This document shows, one piece after another, positions 47,561-56,020 of a stretch of DNA of 64,000 bases. Source of the stretch: Bacteroidota bacterium (lineage in GTDB: Bacteria; Bacteroidota; Bacteroidia; Bacteroidales; GCA-2748055); assembly GCA_043797815.1 (NCBI GenBank), contig JAZDPG010000115.1, positions 147,573 through 211,572 of the forward strand, read 5' to 3'. The notes beneath the pieces were generated by a model, which saw nothing but the letters and a program-made list of their open reading frames with translations, searched no databases and was not told the DNA's origin. Position 1 is the stretch's first letter. Every line of letters begins with the position of its first letter. The position numbers and the translations under genes were made by a program.

Positions 47561-48808
47561 ATGGAAGAGTTGATTGAGATAGGTAAGAAGGCCAGAAAGG
47601 CTGCCGGGCAACTGGCTGTGTTGAATACAGATAAGAAGAACCAGGTGTTGTCTCTGGTAGCCGGTCTGCTGGACCAGAATACAGACAAGATCCTTGATGC
47701 CAATGCCAGGGACCTGAAAATGGGCGCGGAGCTGGGACTGAAGGGTTCCATTATGGAGAGGCTGACCCTTTCGGGAGAGAAAATCGAAGGCATTGCAGGG
47801 GGATTGAGGGAAATTGTAAAACTGGATGATCCCATCGGGGAAATTGAGGAGATGAAGAAGCGCCCCAACGGACTTCTTATCGGGAAGAAACGTGTTCCCC
47901 TGGGAGTGGTGGGAGTCATTTATGAATCCAGGCCCAATGTCACGGCCGATGTGGCGGGTCTCTGTTTAAAGACCGGAAATGTGTGCGTGCTCAGGGGCGG
48001 GAAGGAGGCTTTTCAGTCCAACAACATCATTGTGAAAATATTCCAAGAAGCACTGGAGAAATGCGGGCTCGATCCCAATATGGTACAGCTGGTACAGAAT
48101 ACAAGCCGTGAAAGTGCTGTGGCCATGATGAAACTGAATGACTACCTGGATATCCTGATCCCCCGGGGAGGGGCAGGGCTGATCCGGGCAGTGGTACAGA
48201 ACAGCACTGTACCAGTTATTGAAACGGGAGTGGGCAACTGTCACATCTATGTGGATGAGGCAGGAGACCTGGAAAAAGCCGTGGCCATTGTTTTCAATGC
48301 AAAGACCCAGCGGCCCGGCGTATGCAACGCTGCTGAAAGCCTGCTGGTGCATGAAAAAATTGCTGCCCTGGTTTTGCCCGATATCGGGAAATCCCTCACT
48401 GAGGCCGGCGTGGAGATCAGGGGGGATGAAACTACCTGCAAGCTGATCCCGGAAGCCATTCCTGCCACAGAGGAGGACTGGTCCGCCGAATACCTGGACC
48501 TGGTGATCAGCTCAAAGGTAGTAGGCAGCGTGGAAGAGGCTGTGGACCACATCAACCGGTATGGATCGATGCACTCGGAGAGCATTGTGACCGAAAATTA
48601 TACCCATGCCCAGTACTTCCTCGACAGGGTGGATGCTGCGGCAGTTTATGTGAATGCTTCCACCAGGTTCACCGACGGATTTGAATTCGGGTACGGGGCA
48701 GAGATCGGTATCAGTACCCAGAAACTCCATGCCCGCGGGCCCATGGGACTCAGGGAACTCACCACAAACAAGTATATTATTTACGGATCAGGACAGATCC
48801 GTAAATGA
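47561..48808 (+). CDS. proA: glutamate-5-semialdehyde dehydrogenase
   Basis: 'GVIYESRPNVT', 'VLRGGKEA', catalytic Cys 'PGVCNAAESLLVH' and 'ASTRFTDG'. Confidence 0.93.
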   Translation: MEELIEIGKKARKAAGQLAVLNTDKKNQVLSLVAGLLDQNTDKILDANARDLKMGAELGLKGSIMERLTLSGEKIEGIAGGLREIVKLDDPIGEIEEMKKRPNGLLIGKKRVPLGVVGVIYESRPNVTADVAGLCLKTGNVCVLRGGKEAFQSNNIIVKIFQEALEKCGLDPNMVQLVQNTSRESAVAMMKLNDYLDILIPRGGAGLIRAVVQNSTVPVIETGVGNCHIYVDEAGDLEKAVAIVFNAKTQRPGVCNAAESLLVHEKIAALVLPDIGKSLTEAGVEIRGDETTCKLIPEAIPATEEDWSAEYLDLVISSKVVGSVEEAVDHINRYGSMHSESIVTENYTHAQYFLDRVDAAAVYVNASTRFTDGFEFGYGAEIGISTQKLHARGPMGLRELTTNKYIIYGSGQIRK

Positions 48809-48855
48809 GGAGCAAGGTGAAGGTTAAAAGGTAAATGAAGGAAAAAGTAATCCTG

Positions 48856-49956
48856 CTACTCTCCCCTTTCCCCTTTTTTCTCTATACTCTTTTTGATGTG
48901 TTCAAGGAACAAATCAAAAAGGTAAGCCGTGTCGGTGGGACCGCCTGAGGCTTCGGGGTGAAACTGGGTGGAGAAGAATGGTTTCTCCTGGTGTTTCATG
49001 CCTTCGTTGGTGTTGTCATTGAGGTTGATGAACAGGGGCTCCCAACCTTCCGGCAGGGTGTCATTGTCGATGGCATAACCGTGGTTCTGGGAGGTGATGT
49101 AAGCCTTATCTGTACCGACCTGCAGTACCGGCTGGTTATGACTACGGTGCCCGTATTTCAGTTTGTAGGTATCTGCTCCTGCTGCAAGTGCCATCAGCTG
49201 GTTCCCAAGACATATACCAAAGATGGGGGTATCCGATCCATACGCTTCTGACAGGGTAAGGATGGAGGCTTTGCACTGTTTCGGATCGCCGGGTCCGTTG
49301 GAGATAAACAGCCCGTCAAACGCCTCCTTGCTGATATCATAATCCCAGGGAACCCTGATCACTGTGGTGTCCCTTTTCAGCAGGTAGCGGATGATGTTGT
49401 ATTTCACCCCACAGTCCAGCAACAGGATCCGGTACTTCCCCTTTCCATATACTATTTTCTCACCAATGCTTACCTGGGCCACCAGGTTATCCAGGTTGGG
49501 ATCGTACGTTGAGGGCTTCCGGTCATTGAAAACCACACTTCCCAGCATGGATCCTTTTTCTCTCAACAGTTTGGTGATGCGCCGGGTATCCACATCAAAG
49601 ATGCCTGGAATCTTGTGTTCTTTCAGCCAGTCGCCAAGGCTCTTCTCAGCATTCCAGTGGGAAAATTCAAATGAATAATCGGAGATGACCAGTGCTGAAA
49701 TATGCAGCCGGTCTGATTCGAAGAATTTGAAAAGTTCATTTTCGGAATCCTCCCCGGGTACGCCATAGTTCCCGACCAGGGGATAAGTCAGGACCAGAAT
49801 CTGGCCTTTGTAGGAGGGATCGGTAAGACTTTCGGGGTAGCCGGTCATGGCAGTGTTGAATACAACCTCTCCGGCAATACTCTTTTCATAACCGAAAGAT
49901 TTTCCGGAAAACTCCGAACCGTCCTCAAGGATAAGTTTGATGGGCTTGGAATCCAT
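48856..49956 (-). CDS. carA: carbamoyl-phosphate synthase small (glutaminase) subunit
   Basis: 'FNTAMTGYPESLTDPSY', 'GICLGNQL' (catalytic Cys) and 'FSTQFHPE'. Confidence 0.95.
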   Translation of the reverse strand: MDSKPIKLILEDGSEFSGKSFGYEKSIAGEVVFNTAMTGYPESLTDPSYKGQILVLTYPLVGNYGVPGEDSENELFKFFESDRLHISALVISDYSFEFSHWNAEKSLGDWLKEHKIPGIFDVDTRRITKLLREKGSMLGSVVFNDRKPSTYDPNLDNLVAQVSIGEKIVYGKGKYRILLLDCGVKYNIIRYLLKRDTTVIRVPWDYDISKEAFDGLFISNGPGDPKQCKASILTLSEAYGSDTPIFGICLGNQLMALAAGADTYKLKYGHRSHNQPVLQVGTDKAYITSQNHGYAIDNDTLPEGWEPLFINLNDNTNEGMKHQEKPFFSTQFHPEASGGPTDTAYLFDLFLEHIKKSIEKKGERGE

Positions 49957-49961
49957 GGTGC

Positions 49962-51446
49962 TTATTGTTTGTTGTTTGCATCTATGGCAACCAGGTTATT
50001 GATAATCTGCTCGGCCTGTTCGGGTGTAACCCGTTTGGCAACGATTTTCTTATCCCGGTCCAGAACAAAGAGCTGGGGATAACTCTGCAGGTTGTAAAGC
50101 TTTCTGAAATCATTGCTGTAGGGGCTCCAGCAGTTGATCCAGTCATACATTTCATATTGGTTTATGAAATCGACCCAGAGCTCCTTTCCTTCGATGGTGT
50201 TGATTGCATGAACGCAGAGCAGCTCCACACCTTTCTCTTTCAGTCGCGAATAGGCCTCATAAAGGGCCGGAGTGGCCTTTTTGCAGAATCCGCAATCTGC
50301 CTCCCAGAAATATAGTATGGTATAGGTAGCGTCAATATCGTGCATGAAGAAATCTTTACCGATATGCGGATCTTTTTTGATCAGCGTGTCCTGGGCAGCC
50401 ATTTGAAAATGTTCCGTATCAACTTTCCGCAAGATCAGATTGGGGGCCTTCTGGCCAATCAGTGACGGCTTGTTGTTTTCCAGGTTTTCTTTCAGTTTGC
50501 TGATAAAATCGGGACTGCTCCAAGTGGCATCGGGGATGTAGTAATTTTCAGCAATATGAAAATAGACCACATCCATCCCCATGAATTTACTTTCCGCGAA
50601 ATGGTTGAACAGGGTGATGAGCATGTAGCGGTATAGCTCACTGTCAGCTTTGGATCCTTCGAGCAGGAAATCCACAGCCACAACCAGTGAATCGGGATGC
50701 TGTACCACTGCCCTGGTGATGTAGTTTTTAATCTTTCCTTCGTAAAGAGGAGTGTGCAGCAGGCGTACATTGAAGGGATCGAACCTGTCCAGGTAGTGGT
50801 TCTTGTAGTAGAAGTACCTGATGGAATCATCCTGTCTCCTGTTTCCTGTAAGCATTTCCTGTGGTGGCAAAGGTTCACGCGTGGCCCCGATAAAATCACT
50901 CACAAAAAGGGAACCATGTTTCTCCTGGATACCATCCATAAAGGATTCCATTTCCTGGTTGATCCGTTTCTGTTTTTCCAGGACCCTTGCTGTATCGGCT
51001 TCGTTGACAGCTTTTGATAACAGTTGCTGCTGGGTTGTCAGCTCTTCCCGTTTAAGCTGGAGGAAGTTTTTATAGTCCTGGAATACGGAATTATCCTCCG
51101 AATCTTCAAACTGAATGCTTTCCAGAAAGTCCCCGGTATCAGCTTTGATGGTAAGTACCTGGTCATCCCCCAGCAAAAAATCAAAGTATTTGTCAGGGTT
51201 GAGATAGATCAAGTAGAGTCCTCCCTGGAAAGCCACAGTTCCCTCGAAAACACCCGATCCATTTGGATCAAGCACAACAGTATCCCTGGGGATCATCCGG
51301 GAGGTGAAATACTCGCCCAGGATCAGGGTGTCCCCGGAAAGGCCCCTGATGTCAACCCCAATCCGGTAACCCTGTCCGATTGAATGGTTCGAGATAAGCA
51401 GAAACAGACTGAAATACAGCAAAGGGAAACGCTTCGGAAGATTCAT
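49962..51446 (-). CDS. TlpA-like thiol:disulfide oxidoreductase with a long N-terminal DUF4369/DUF5106-like domain
   Basis: Signal peptide, and the C-terminal thioredoxin fold 'ILYFWEADCGFCKKATP' (CxxC). The stop is 5 bp upstream of the carA start. Confidence 0.7.
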   Translation of the reverse strand: MNLPKRFPLLYFSLFLLISNHSIGQGYRIGVDIRGLSGDTLILGEYFTSRMIPRDTVVLDPNGSGVFEGTVAFQGGLYLIYLNPDKYFDFLLGDDQVLTIKADTGDFLESIQFEDSEDNSVFQDYKNFLQLKREELTTQQQLLSKAVNEADTARVLEKQKRINQEMESFMDGIQEKHGSLFVSDFIGATREPLPPQEMLTGNRRQDDSIRYFYYKNHYLDRFDPFNVRLLHTPLYEGKIKNYITRAVVQHPDSLVVAVDFLLEGSKADSELYRYMLITLFNHFAESKFMGMDVVYFHIAENYYIPDATWSSPDFISKLKENLENNKPSLIGQKAPNLILRKVDTEHFQMAAQDTLIKKDPHIGKDFFMHDIDATYTILYFWEADCGFCKKATPALYEAYSRLKEKGVELLCVHAINTIEGKELWVDFINQYEMYDWINCWSPYSNDFRKLYNLQSYPQLFVLDRDKKIVAKRVTPEQAEQIINNLVAIDANNKQ

Positions 51447-51580
51447 TAAACACTTTTTTTAAAACCGGACAAAGTTAACGATTCTATTTTAAAACATATA
51501 GTTCAATGACCGTGCCAATGATGGTTCAAAAAACCTTAACTTGTTCTGAGCTATTGCGGATGAATTTAAGTTAGGATCGA

Positions 51581-52555
51581 ATGTATACATTACTGGAAGC
51601 CCGGAACCTGATAGAGAAACATATTCAGACCTATTCTCTTCCCGATTCGCCGGAGGAGCTTTATGCACCGGTCAGATATATACTGTCCCTGGGAGGCAAG
51701 CGAATCAGGCCGGCGCTGGTTTTACTGGCATGTGACCTGTTCTCCGATGGCGTTGAATCAGCACTGGTTCCAGCCATAGCCATTGAAATTTTTCACAATT
51801 TTACCCTGCTGCACGACGATATCATGGACCGGTCTGAGATGAGAAGGGGACATCCGACTGTGCATGTTAAATACAGTGAGAATGTGGCCATTCTCTCCGG
51901 GGATGTCATGTCTATCCTGGCCAGCCGGTTGATGAACCAATCCCCTGGCGTAGTACTTCATAAGGTTCAGGATATATTTACCAGGACCGCCATGGAGGTT
52001 TGTGAAGGACAGCAGTATGATATGAACTTCGAGGGCCTGCTGACGGTAACAGAGGATGAGTATCTGAAGATGATCGAGCTGAAAACGGCGGTACTGATTG
52101 CAGCCAGTTTGAAAATTGGTGCCATCCTGGGTGGGGCTTCGGAAAAGGATGCCGATGACCTTTATGAATTCGGACGAAACCTGGGCATGGCTTTTCAGCT
52201 TCAGGATGACCTGCTGGATACATACGGTGAACAGGATGTAATCGGAAAACGGCTGGGTACGGATATTGTTGACAATAAGAAAACCTACCTGATGATTCAG
52301 GCACTCGGGCAGGCCTCAACGGACCAGAAGGAGGAACTGAAAGGATGGTTAACCAGCAAAGATTTTAACTGTGATGAGAAAATCTCAGCAGTTATTTCCA
52401 TTTTCGATGCATTGAAGATCAAAGAGATAACCGAAACCTGTATCAGAGACTTTTATACCAGGGCACTATCCAACCTGGATCATTTGAACAGGCCCGATGA
52501 GCGGAAAACAGAACTCTATAATTTTGCCTCTTTCCTGATGAACCGCAACAAGTGA
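51581..52555 (+). CDS. polyprenyl diphosphate synthase (trans-IPPS family)
   Basis: First DDxxD 'LLHDDIMD', second 'FQLQDDLLD' and 'GKRIRP'. Confidence 0.88.
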   Translation: MYTLLEARNLIEKHIQTYSLPDSPEELYAPVRYILSLGGKRIRPALVLLACDLFSDGVESALVPAIAIEIFHNFTLLHDDIMDRSEMRRGHPTVHVKYSENVAILSGDVMSILASRLMNQSPGVVLHKVQDIFTRTAMEVCEGQQYDMNFEGLLTVTEDEYLKMIELKTAVLIAASLKIGAILGGASEKDADDLYEFGRNLGMAFQLQDDLLDTYGEQDVIGKRLGTDIVDNKKTYLMIQALGQASTDQKEELKGWLTSKDFNCDEKISAVISIFDALKIKEITETCIRDFYTRALSNLDHLNRPDERKTELYNFASFLMNRNK

Positions 52556-52556
52556 A

Positions 52557-55500
52557 CTACCCCGGGTATGCAGGATATCCGCTATCGGTAATTCCCAGTT
52601 CCAACATCATATCAGTCTGCTTGTATTGTCGCAGCAACTGACTCAGTTCTTCCATCTGGAACAGGATTTCATTGGTTTCCTGTTGGATGGAAGCGCGCTG
52701 CCTTGGTTTCATGGAATTGTAGAAACGGAGCTCCTCTGAGAGGGATTGATAATGTTCCCTGAGAATGGCATTCGCCTTATCGGTTTCACCGCATAAATAA
52801 TAAGCTTCCACGACTCCTTCGTAGTGAATAATGCTGCCATTCCGGTCAGGAATGGTAATGCCGGATACGTACTGATCGAAAGGAATTACCCTGGACGGGG
52901 CAAGTTCCATGCACCGGTCAAGTACCTCAAGGGCCTTCTCTTTCTTTCCCTCCTTCAGCAATGCCAGGGCAAGCCGTGTGTGGAGGCTCCTGAAACGAAT
53001 CACGGAGAGTGTTCGGATGGTATAATAATCAAGCTGAACATCCTCCGCGTTCATTCTTCCCCACTGGAAAGTATTCATCAGTCTCTCATAGAGGGTATCC
53101 GTATCAATATCCCCCATTTCAATAATACTCTTATAGGGCGTATTTACCGGGACAACCCTGTAGGCCAGTCCTTCAGTGCGAAAGTAGTTCTCAAGTCCCA
53201 GTGAACCGTCAAAACCACCGGATGTGTAATAAACAGGACGTTGCCATTTGTTTGATCCAAGGACATCCAGTTGTGCCAGGCCTCCTTTCAGGATCTGTGT
53301 GTTGGGAGTGAGGGTAAAACGTACTTCCGGGACCAGCCTGTCCAGATCCTTTTTTCTGATTGTTCCGTTGGAAACCACGGTGGCTGAATCCACAGGAAGG
53401 AACAGTTTCTGGGTGGGGATATAGTCAACCTTTTCTCCTGTTCTCAGGGGTAATTTTGTCCTTGGATCGTCACTGTGCACGAATGTGAGAACATACTCCA
53501 CCGGAGCCCATCCCTCATTTTCCCGTACGTAAACCGAATTGTTGGTTCCGTCCCGGTATTTGCTCATGGGCAAGGTGAATCTGAGCGGGTCTGAAGTGTA
53601 GTTCTTCCGGTGCATCTGATCAATGTACCACTCCATATTGAATAGCATCATGTTCACGATGCGGACATCTTCCCTGATCCCTTCCACATCCTGAACGTAC
53701 CACAAGGGAAATGTATCATTATCACCAACAGTGAACAGAATGGCATCCTTGTCGCACGAATTGAGATAATTTCTGGCAATATCCCTGGCAACATATCTTC
53801 CCGACCGGTCATGGTCATCCCAGTTCTCAACAGCCATCAGGGCCGGAACAGCGACAAGGGAGATAACAACGGCCGCAACGGATGAGATGTTTGCCTTCAA
53901 TTTTGAATGAAGAATCCTGAATATACCGGCTACACCGATCCCGATCCAGATGGAGAAGGCATAAAATGAACCAGCATAGGCATAATCGCGCTCCCTGGGC
54001 TGGTATGGGGTCTGATTCAGGTATACCACAATGGCAAATCCGGTCAATATAAACAGGCTCATCACCACCCAGAAATCACGCGGATTCTTTTCCATTTGGA
54101 AAAACAGTCCGATCAGGCCAAGCAGAAAGGGAAGGAACAGATACCGGTTCCTTGCAGGATGTTTTTGCATGTTTTCAGGCAGCAATTTTTGAGGCCCGAT
54201 CCGGGAATCGATAAAGGGAATACCACTGATCCAGTTCCCATGGAGGACATTGCCATGCCCCTGGATATCGTTTTGCCGGCCCACAAAATTCCACATGAAA
54301 TACCTGAGGTACATATGACCTACCTGGTAGCGGACAAAGAACTCCAGGTTGTCCAGGTATGTTGGATTGTTTGGATCCCGGATGGTCCCAAATTCGGTAT
54401 AAGCATGTTTGTGATCGGCCTCCCTGCTGTACATTCTGGGCAGAAGCACTTTGCTGTCCGACATGACCAGTTCTGGTTTCCGGTAGGCCACCTCATACTT
54501 ATTTTTCTCTTTATTGAGGATATACACAGGTTTTTTATATTCGATGTCCTCCACCCTGGCATTATAAAGATTTCCCCAGAGCAGGGGACGGTCGCCGTAC
54601 TGTTCCCTGTTCAGATAAGAAAGAAGGGAAAATACATTTTCCGGGCTGTCTTCATTCATGGGCGGCCCGGCCAAGGCCCGGATGACAATCAGTGCATAGG
54701 AGGAGTACCCGATAATGATCACGGTAATACTGATGAGTATCGTATTCCAGAGGACATTTTGCCGGATATATTGCGTCCGGTAAACACCATATATCAATGC
54801 TCCCAGGAGCAGGATCACATAAACAACCACGCCAATATTATAATGGAAACCGAGGGTGTTTGTAAAGAATTTTTCCGCCACTGTGGCAGCTTTCACGATA
54901 CCGGGGATGATCCCGTACATGATGAGCACAAGAATTCCAAGAGAGATTCCAAGTGCATAGATGACACCCCGGCGGGTGACTTTGTATTTCCTGAAATAAT
55001 AGACCAGTACAATGGCCGGAATGGCCAGAAGGTTCAGCAGATGAACCCCGATGGAAAGGCCGATGAGATAGGCAATCAGAATCAGCCATCTGTTGGATCC
55101 GGGCTTGTCGGCCACATTCTCCCATTTCAGGATCGCCCAGAAAACAACTGCGGTGAAAAGGGAGGAGGTGGCATATACCTCGCCCTCCACAGCAGAGAAC
55201 CAGAATGTATCCGAAAAGGTGTAAGCCATGGCCCCCACAAAGGCCCCTCCAAGGATGATAAAAACATTATCAAGCATCTTTTTGAGAAGATGAGAGATGG
55301 TCCAGAAAAGAAACATGATGGTGAAAGCACTGGCAAAAGCAGAAACCGCGTTAATCATCTTTGCCACATGGTCCTTGTCAGATGCAATAAGGGAAAATAG
55401 CCTTCCGATCATCAGAAAAAATGGAGCTCCGGGTGGATGTCCCACCTGCAGCTTGTAAGAACTGGCGATGAACTCACCGCAATCCCAGAGGCTAACTGTG

Positions 55501-55583
55501 GGCTCAAGCGTGATCAGATAAACGATCAGGGCAATAAGGAAACCGGCCCAGCCCAGGAGAAGATTCAGTCGTTTGAAGTCCAT
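52557..55583 (-). CDS. DUF2723 (GT-C fold, TMEM260/PMT-like) multi-pass membrane glycosyltransferase-like protein with C-terminal TPR-like region
   Basis: 'SLWDCGEFIASSYKLQVGHPPGAPFFLMIGRLF' is the DUF2723 hallmark. It has more than 10 TM helices. The start is moved to 55583 ('MDFKRLNLLLGWAGF'). Confidence 0.75.
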   Translation of the reverse strand: MDFKRLNLLLGWAGFLIALIVYLITLEPTVSLWDCGEFIASSYKLQVGHPPGAPFFLMIGRLFSLIASDKDHVAKMINAVSAFASAFTIMFLFWTISHLLKKMLDNVFIILGGAFVGAMAYTFSDTFWFSAVEGEVYATSSLFTAVVFWAILKWENVADKPGSNRWLILIAYLIGLSIGVHLLNLLAIPAIVLVYYFRKYKVTRRGVIYALGISLGILVLIMYGIIPGIVKAATVAEKFFTNTLGFHYNIGVVVYVILLLGALIYGVYRTQYIRQNVLWNTILISITVIIIGYSSYALIVIRALAGPPMNEDSPENVFSLLSYLNREQYGDRPLLWGNLYNARVEDIEYKKPVYILNKEKNKYEVAYRKPELVMSDSKVLLPRMYSREADHKHAYTEFGTIRDPNNPTYLDNLEFFVRYQVGHMYLRYFMWNFVGRQNDIQGHGNVLHGNWISGIPFIDSRIGPQKLLPENMQKHPARNRYLFLPFLLGLIGLFFQMEKNPRDFWVVMSLFILTGFAIVVYLNQTPYQPRERDYAYAGSFYAFSIWIGIGVAGIFRILHSKLKANISSVAAVVISLVAVPALMAVENWDDHDRSGRYVARDIARNYLNSCDKDAILFTVGDNDTFPLWYVQDVEGIREDVRIVNMMLFNMEWYIDQMHRKNYTSDPLRFTLPMSKYRDGTNNSVYVRENEGWAPVEYVLTFVHSDDPRTKLPLRTGEKVDYIPTQKLFLPVDSATVVSNGTIRKKDLDRLVPEVRFTLTPNTQILKGGLAQLDVLGSNKWQRPVYYTSGGFDGSLGLENYFRTEGLAYRVVPVNTPYKSIIEMGDIDTDTLYERLMNTFQWGRMNAEDVQLDYYTIRTLSVIRFRSLHTRLALALLKEGKKEKALEVLDRCMELAPSRVIPFDQYVSGITIPDRNGSIIHYEGVVEAYYLCGETDKANAILREHYQSLSEELRFYNSMKPRQRASIQQETNEILFQMEELSQLLRQYKQTDMMLELGITDSGYPAYPG

Positions 55584-55672
55584 AATTCGAACGAATTTAA
55601 CGCTTTTTTCCCGACAATTTTGACAGAACCAAAAATGGAACATATATTTGGGGTTCATTAAATCCAATACTC

Positions 55673-56020
55673 ATGACTGTAAAAGGAATGAAAGACCTGG
55701 ATCACACACTCTACACGGACTATCCTGAATTCGAATACGAATACGCCAACATCAAAGAGCCCAATACATTACCGCCTGACAAACAGACCCTGGTTGTTGG
55801 GATCGATAAAAGGAAAATGGATGGTGCTCCCATCACATACATCACCGGATTTGTGGGAAGACGCATCGATCTGCTGAAAATTGAAGACGAGTTGCAGGGT
55901 GTTTGTCACACCTGCGCATCCTCCAGGATGTATGATATCATGTTGAACGGGGATGTCCGCAAGCGTGCTTATGTGTATTTGTGTTCACATGGTTACCGTG
56001 TAAAATTTGCAGAAAACTAA
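55673..56020 (+). CDS. divergent SUI1/YciH-like translation factor homolog
   Basis: The pattern 'KRKMDGAPITYITGF....LLKIEDELQGVCHTCASS...IMLNGDVRKRAYVYLCSHGYRVK' parallels YciH 'RKGKGV.LITG...L..LK.KCGCGG...IEIQGD.R......L...G..VK'. The conserved GG and QGD residues are altered. Confidence 0.45.
   Translation: MTVKGMKDLDHTLYTDYPEFEYEYANIKEPNTLPPDKQTLVVGIDKRKMDGAPITYITGFVGRRIDLLKIEDELQGVCHTCASSRMYDIMLNGDVRKRAYVYLCSHGYRVKFAEN

Noticed and set aside
54096-55400. 434-aa ORF on the + strand, and similar long antisense ORFs at 22657-23409, 8474-9049, 59097-59693, 60204-60806 and 45027-45593.
   Set aside because: Each lies entirely antisense to a gene with strong family motifs (DUF2723, FtsX permease, hydA, TonB-like, GT9, argE/argH). 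Their translations are low-complexity or His/Pro/Gly-rich with no recognisable motif. They are typical shadow ORFs.
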